Positions 60,001 to 64,000 of a stretch of DNA of 64,000 nt are shown piece by piece (the first letter of the stretch is position 1; the number at the start of each line of letters is the position of its first letter). The stretch covers positions 40,486-104,485 of the forward strand of contig CAMDDQ010000001.1 of NCBI GenBank assembly GCA_945892765.1. The letters are read 5' to 3'. The stretch comes from Asaia bogorensis. GTDB taxonomy: Bacteria > Pseudomonadota > Alphaproteobacteria > CACIAM-22H2. A program made the position numbers and the translations under genes. A model generated the notes under the pieces. That model saw only the letters and a program-made list of their open reading frames with translations, was not told the DNA's origin and did not search any database.

Positions 60001-60496
60001 TATCGTGGTGTGGTGCTGCGACGAAGCCCCCGGATTTCAGCCGACGCGGACACAGGATCGCGCTTTTGTCGGCAATATCGTCGATGCCATGTTGGCCTAT
60101 ACGACGGGTCGCTTGGGGCCGGCGCAGATCCCGCTATCCGGCGCCCAGCGCATGATCGCCATTGGGTCCGACGGCATGATGGCGGCGGTGACACGCGCCC
60201 GTCATGGCGTGCTCGCCCCCCACCTCAAGCCCGGCCATATCGGCATCGCCTCCATCAACTCGCCGATGCAGTGCATGATGAAGGAAATCTGCGCCCAATG
60301 CCTGCAGCCGCACCGTGATCCCGTGACCGGCGAGGAGACCGTCGTCTTTTCGTGTTTCAACCAGGACCAGTTGATGGACGAGGTCGATTTCGCCGCGCTT
60401 CGTCAGCGCCTCGGCCAAAATAAGGTTCAGGAAAAGCTGACACGGGCCTGGATCGATCGCTGCCTGCGGCGGCTCAATCTGCGTAAGGCGGCCTGA
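57008..60496 (+). CDS. large multidomain flavoprotein with a GltD/NfnB-like FeS-FAD-NAD(P)H module and a PyrK/NfnA-like FNR module with a 2Fe-2S site
   Basis: Unknown ~270-aa N-domain; CIWCHNQGKDSC...GCP...CNDCMKSC 4Fe-4S motifs; VLVVGLGPAGFSLAHHL Rossmann; FNR-like RPGQFYRL...; C-terminal CMMKEICAQC...C cluster. Confidence 0.75.
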   Translation: MNDNRTAIAGTLALAHGLSFPDLYDRDGLAKLDAQFIASLRQADGALCELLLSGRAAPQTLSAKDEGNLLIALAPHLDAFIVALFGIAQEATALRQSHARLNPLSEVKRLFVQRRAVKDFGAATAMAFDGPALTSALEKRIGGKFTELTFAEAVAQWLNDEAANAEALDLAARYAAWAVHSDAGRGRHGAGVLFKVPRKVDHEHLVPVEATSVNGVPAVGLAPGHWRHREGFALTDPGMDLTHALDQANYCIWCHNQGKDSCSKGLTEKSGAFRKSPLGVTLAGCPLEEKISEMHVAKAAGDAIGALAIIAVDNPLAAATGHRICNDCMKSCIFQKQEPVDIPQAETRTLKDVLDLPWGFEIYSLLTRWNPLNLRRPLPLPASGRSVLVVGLGPAGFSLAHHLLNDGHHVAAIDGLKIEPLPESVSGVKPNGERVSFAPIRDIASLNESLDDRVMAGFGGVAEYGITVRWDKNFLKIIRLMLERRAAFAMFGGIRFGGTVTVESAFAMGFDHIALCAGAGKPTVIDIPNRLARGVRAASDFLMALQLTGAAKAASIANLQIRLPVVVVGGGLTAIDTATESIAYYPRQVEKFLSRYEILAAERGEATLRQGWTEEDREIGEEFILHARALRAEREAATRESRAAAFLPLLESWGGVTIAYRRKLIEAPSYTLNHEEVHKAMEEGVRFAEGLTPVAIDTDSRGYAAAMRFTGADGAEAVLPARSILVAAGTQPNTVLAREDPDHLELDGRFFRALDEAGNPVKPERLAKPGAVHVLTHLAPDGRAVSFFGDLHPSFSGNVVKAMGGAKQGYPLVSRMLGRVAPRRSDPTALLATLNDELRARVHEVVRLTPNIVEVVVKAPAAAREFRPGQFYRLQNYETLALTVDGTTLAMEGLALTGAWVDRAKGLVSVIVLEMGGSSDLCTWLKPGEPVVLMGPTGTPTETPGGESAILVGGGLGNAVLFSIGQALRSAGSRVVYFAGYKRGIDRYKVEQIEAAADIVVWCCDEAPGFQPTRTQDRAFVGNIVDAMLAYTTGRLGPAQIPLSGAQRMIAIGSDGMMAAVTRARHGVLAPHLKPGHIGIASINSPMQCMMKEICAQCLQPHRDPVTGEETVVFSCFNQDQLMDEVDFAALRQRLGQNKVQEKLTRAWIDRCLRRLNLRKAA

Positions 60497-60498
60497 GG

Positions 60499-61653
60499 TT
60501 ATTCCGCAGCGGTTTCGCTGGCCAGTACCTTGGCGAAGGGGATCGCCGCGACGGCCTGACGACGGATCAGCTGCGATGCGGGGTTCAGCCCGGATTTGCG
60601 GGCGGCCTCCATGACGTGGCGCATCGCCGCGACCAGGTGACCCGCAGTGGCCGGCGCAAGATTCGCGGCGATGATGTCGATCGCGCGTTCCTCGAACGGG
60701 GCGAACCCGTTGGGGCGGCGGCGCTGGGAATCGAGCATGACCTGCACGAACCGCTTTCCGTCCGCCGCCGACAGCGGATCGAGAACAATCTGCGCGCGCA
60801 GACGCCCGAGAACCGGATCGGTGAAAATCGCCGGCACTTCGGCCGCCGACAGATCGGCGGCGACGACCAGGCAAAAACAATGGCGGCACAACTCGCACAG
60901 TTTGAGCAAGGCTTGGTTGGCGGCGAACAAATCGGCGGGTTCGGCGAATCGCAATGCGTCGAAATCGTCGATCAACACATAAGCCGCTTTCTTAAAGCGC
61001 GTCGGATCGAGATCGATTTTGAAGTCGATCACGAACAGCCCGACGATGCCGGCGAACATGGCCAGGGCGTCCGCATTCGACTGGTGCGGCGGCGTCAACA
61101 CCGCCAGCAGGTCGGGAAGTCCGGTGCAGCCTCGGATTTTCTTGGCGAGATTGGCTAGGCCCGGGACCTGAATAAGGTGATCGATGATTGCTTCGTCCGA
61201 GACAAACGCATTGACCTTGTGGAGGCCGCGATACCGCAGCAATTTCCGTTGAAGATGGTCTTGGAAATACAGGATTTGGCGAACGAAGTCGGATCGCCCG
61301 ATGACGTCTTCCCGAAAGGTGCGCGCAAGGCCGAGCCGGCGGCCGGCGGCGACCAGCGAAGGCAGATAGAAGGCGACGGCCTGATAGTCCTCCGCTTCGG
61401 CTTCCATCACCTTGTGGCGCGCCCATTGCAGCGCGTGGGTCTTGCCGGCGCCGGCCGCTCCGCGCAGAAGAACGATGCCCGAGCTGCCGAACTCATCGGC
61501 CCGCGCCAGCCTAAGGTGTTTGACCAGATGTTTCTGCGCCGTTTCATTTCCAGCCCAAAGGGCAGCCCTCGGATCGAGTCCGGGAACGGCCTCCGCCCGA
61601 AAGGGATTGGCGGAAAGATTGGCAGCCTTCAGAAACTCATCGGGCGCCAGCAT
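60499..61653 (-). CDS. AAA-type P-loop ATPase, ExeA/GspA-like
   Basis: Walker A LLRGAAGAGKTH and Walker B VLIDDFDAL. The N-terminal pattern resembles the GspA/ExeA family. Confidence 0.5.
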   Translation of the reverse strand: MLAPDEFLKAANLSANPFRAEAVPGLDPRAALWAGNETAQKHLVKHLRLARADEFGSSGIVLLRGAAGAGKTHALQWARHKVMEAEAEDYQAVAFYLPSLVAAGRRLGLARTFREDVIGRSDFVRQILYFQDHLQRKLLRYRGLHKVNAFVSDEAIIDHLIQVPGLANLAKKIRGCTGLPDLLAVLTPPHQSNADALAMFAGIVGLFVIDFKIDLDPTRFKKAAYVLIDDFDALRFAEPADLFAANQALLKLCELCRHCFCLVVAADLSAAEVPAIFTDPVLGRLRAQIVLDPLSAADGKRFVQVMLDSQRRRPNGFAPFEERAIDIIAANLAPATAGHLVAAMRHVMEAARKSGLNPASQLIRRQAVAAIPFAKVLASETAAE

Positions 61654-61825
61654 GGGGAGCACATATCCTTTTCGCGGTCGCCTGACGACCGCCGTTCGAT
61701 AGCCGCCTCGCCCCCCGGACAACGCCGGCGCCGAGAACGATCTTAGCCCTAGACCGCACTCTTGCGAGATGGTTTACATCGGTTAAGCTCCGCTGGTAAA
61801 CAAAGTCTTAACAAGGGGGGAACCA

Positions 61826-61894
61826 ATGCCGAAATACTGGATGGCGCCGCCGCGCCGCGCGGATTGCGAAATCCGCAACGGCGAAAGGCGCTGA
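61826..61894 (+). other. 22-codon upstream ORF (MPKYWMAPPRRADCEIRNGERR) with a strong Shine-Dalgarno sequence, in frame with the downstream gene
   Basis: AAGGGGGG lies 7 nt before the ATG. The TGA stop is separated by one codon from the TTG start of the downstream FeS-Mo gene. Confidence 0.2.
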
Positions 61895-61897
61895 ACA

Positions 61898-64000
61898 TTG
61901 GCACCTCCGACCAAAACCGTCGCCTTCGGGCTGAATGGACACGGCGCTGAAGTTCCAGCCGAACCGGAACGCCGTCTCGTCGATGCGCTCCGCCAGGATT
62001 TAGGCCTCACGGGAACCAAGATCGGTTGCGACACCGGTGATTGCGGGCTGTGTCTGGTCCTGATCGACGGCCGCCCGGCGCGGTCATGCAAGGCCCCGGT
62101 TAGCCAAATCGATGGCTGCGCGGTTCGTACCGTGGAAGGCATCCTGCGCGACGGCGCGTTGAGCAAGCTGCAACAAGCCTTTATCGATCTCGGCGCCGCG
62201 CAATGCGGTTTCTGCACACCGGCGATGTTGATCGCGGCGCACGCCCTGCTGGTCCGCAATCCGACCCCCGATGGCGAGGCCGTGCGGACGGCGTTGGCCG
62301 GCATTCCCTGCCGCTGCACCGGGTACAAAGCCATCGTCGAGGCCGTGCTGGCCGCGTCCGCCGACCCGTCGGCACCGGCGGCCAGCCAGGGCACGACGCC
62401 GGTGGGTGCGCGTTTGTCCGGGATCGACGCCACGGCCAAAGTGACGGGCGCGGAGCGTTTCGCCGCCGATCTGCCGCCAGAGCCGGAAACTCTCTATGTG
62501 CGTATCGTCGATGCCGGCGACAACCTTGGGACGTTCACTATTGGCAACGTTGTGCCCTTCCTAGCGAAACACCCAGGAATCGTTCGGCTGCTGACTGCGG
62601 CGGACACCCCCGGCCGGGGCGGATCTTCTCCCTTCCCCGAAAACACGATTTCCTATCGCGGGCAACCTGTCTGCGCTTTGGTAGGCGAACTTGCCGCGCT
62701 GGCGGCCATCGATGTTGCGGCCTTGCCGATCGAATGGAAGAAATCCGTGTCGGGTAAGACCGGCCCCGCGCACGAATGGAACGTCGTTTCCGGTGACGCC
62801 GATTCCGCGCTTGCCGCTTCCCATTTGGTGGTCGAAACCACCATCGACACCTCCCTGGCCGATGCCGCAATCCTGGAGCCGGAAACGGTCAGCGCACGGC
62901 GCAAAGACAACATCGTCGAAATCACCGCCGGGACGACCTCGCCCTTCGCCGATCGCGCTCGCATCGCCGCGGCGCTCGGCCTCACCCCCGACCAGGTCCG
63001 CATCTTGACCGCGCCCGCGGGCGGCGCCCGGGGCGATTCGCCTCTCTCCACCATCGTCGCCCTAGCCGCTTGGCTGACCGGGCGGCCCACGCGGTGCACG
63101 CCGCCGCGCGCCCAATCCCTGGCCATGTCGCCGAAACGGCCGCGAGCAAAATTGTCAGGCCGCGCCGCCTGCGACCAATGGGGTTATTTCACGGCCATGG
63201 ACGTAAGGGGCCAATTCGACATCGGCGCCGAAACCGAGACCGATGCTGGCCTGCGTTTTGCCCTGCACGCGCCGGGGCCTTTCTACCTTCCCGCCGCCCG
63301 CGCCAGGTCGCGCGCCGAGCCGGGCGCCGCATTCGCCGCGAGCGCCGGGCGTGGCCTTGGCACGGCCGAGGCCGCTTTGCTGAACGACAGTTTGGTCGAT
63401 GAGCTGGCGGATCAAATGAAAATCGATCAGCTGCAATTCCGCTGGCAGAACGCATTGCGGCGCGGGCTGCCGACACCCAGCGGCCAATGGCTTACCACCA
63501 GCGTCGGGCTCAAACCCTGCCTCGACGCTTTGCGGCCGCGGTGGCAGACGGCGCGCGAAGAGGCCTTGCGTTACAACACCGGCGCGGCGCGGCTGAAACG
63601 CGGGGTCGGCATCGCCTGCGGCTGGAGCGGTATCGGCGCCCCGGCGCGACCCGATCCGGCGGCCGCGCGCATCGGCTTGGGACAGGGCGGATTTTTCACG
63701 CTTTACGCCGATGCCGCCGATGGCGGCGGCGGTGCCGCGACGGCACTGATCCAAATCGCCGCGGAGACGCTCGGCCTGCCGACCAGCCTTTTCCGACTCG
63801 CCAAGGCCGACACCGACATCATCCCCGATGCCGGCCCGCCATCGGCGTCGCGGCGGATATTCATTTTGGGCCAGGCGATTCGGCTCGCCGCGTCCGACTT
63901 GAAGCAGCGAATATTGGCCATGGCCGCTCTTGGCGCCGACGCCACTTTGGCGGTACAGGGGCGAACCGTGACGGTCGCCGCCGGTAAGCAGTCAAAACAG
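61898..64000 (+). CDS. xanthine dehydrogenase / aldehyde oxidoreductase family protein with fused N-terminal 2Fe-2S domains and a molybdopterin subunit (partial, runs off the window)
   Basis: TTG start. TVAFGLNG...GCDTGDCGLCLVLIDG...CKAP then QCGFCTPAM...CRCTGY 2Fe-2S motifs, followed by a MoCo large-subunit fold. No FAD subunit intervenes. Confidence 0.75.
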   Translation, partial: MAPPTKTVAFGLNGHGAEVPAEPERRLVDALRQDLGLTGTKIGCDTGDCGLCLVLIDGRPARSCKAPVSQIDGCAVRTVEGILRDGALSKLQQAFIDLGAAQCGFCTPAMLIAAHALLVRNPTPDGEAVRTALAGIPCRCTGYKAIVEAVLAASADPSAPAASQGTTPVGARLSGIDATAKVTGAERFAADLPPEPETLYVRIVDAGDNLGTFTIGNVVPFLAKHPGIVRLLTAADTPGRGGSSPFPENTISYRGQPVCALVGELAALAAIDVAALPIEWKKSVSGKTGPAHEWNVVSGDADSALAASHLVVETTIDTSLADAAILEPETVSARRKDNIVEITAGTTSPFADRARIAAALGLTPDQVRILTAPAGGARGDSPLSTIVALAAWLTGRPTRCTPPRAQSLAMSPKRPRAKLSGRAACDQWGYFTAMDVRGQFDIGAETETDAGLRFALHAPGPFYLPAARARSRAEPGAAFAASAGRGLGTAEAALLNDSLVDELADQMKIDQLQFRWQNALRRGLPTPSGQWLTTSVGLKPCLDALRPRWQTAREEALRYNTGAARLKRGVGIACGWSGIGAPARPDPAAARIGLGQGGFFTLYADAADGGGGAATALIQIAAETLGLPTSLFRLAKADTDIIPDAGPPSASRRIFILGQAIRLAASDLKQRILAMAALGADATLAVQGRTVTVAAGKQSKQ

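Noticed and set aside
1-64000. CRISPR arrays, tRNA/rRNA genes, and transposases or IS elements.
   Set aside because: No direct-repeat arrays, no tRNA-like cloverleaf candidates in the AT-poorer intergenic regions, and no DDE or serine-recombinase ORFs were seen by eye. A tRNAscan/Infernal run would be definitive.

Overview
This is a high-GC (~65%) alphaproteobacterial chromosomal segment, probably Rhodospirillales-like, with no rRNA, tRNA, CRISPR or transposase genes recognised. The largest block (~11.0-32.6 kb) is a cobalamin-biosynthesis cluster of the early-cobalt-insertion type (cbiX, cbiD, cbiG-cobJ fusion, cobH fusion, cobL, cobI, cobM, cobK, cobA, cobB, cobQ, cobD, cobO). Several non-cob genes interrupt it: a disrupted Cache-HAMP-adenylate cyclase pseudogene, a SAM-methyltransferase/ATP-grasp fusion, Sco1, a SYLF-domain protein and a small lipoprotein. 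Housekeeping genes lie on both sides: priA, DUF484-xerC, ubiX, argD-argF-hslO, folB/folK, ctaA, Zur plus a HupE/UreJ transporter, and an FAD-oxidoreductase/DUF1365/CFA-synthase/MFS lipid cluster. The most unusual region is a three-gene minus-strand module at 5.7-10.7 kb. It encodes a cytoplasmic NAD(P)-flavoprotein with two cNMP-binding domains and 4Fe-4S clusters, a predicted di-haem b-type membrane cytochrome, and an FHA-domain/transmembrane/decahaem cytochrome c. This looks like a signal-gated transmembrane electron conduit. Other points of interest are a 1162-aa flavoprotein with GltD-like and PyrK-like domains, a pentahaem cytochrome c cotranscribed with an alginate-lyase-fold protein, an in-frame upstream ORF separated by TGA from the TTG start of a fused FeS-Mo hydroxylase gene, and an AT-rich sigma54-like promoter with CTAC/GTAG palindromes upstream of an atypical LuxR-type response regulator. 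Coordinates of internal start codons were derived from the ORF track by codon offsets and may be off by a few nucleotides.
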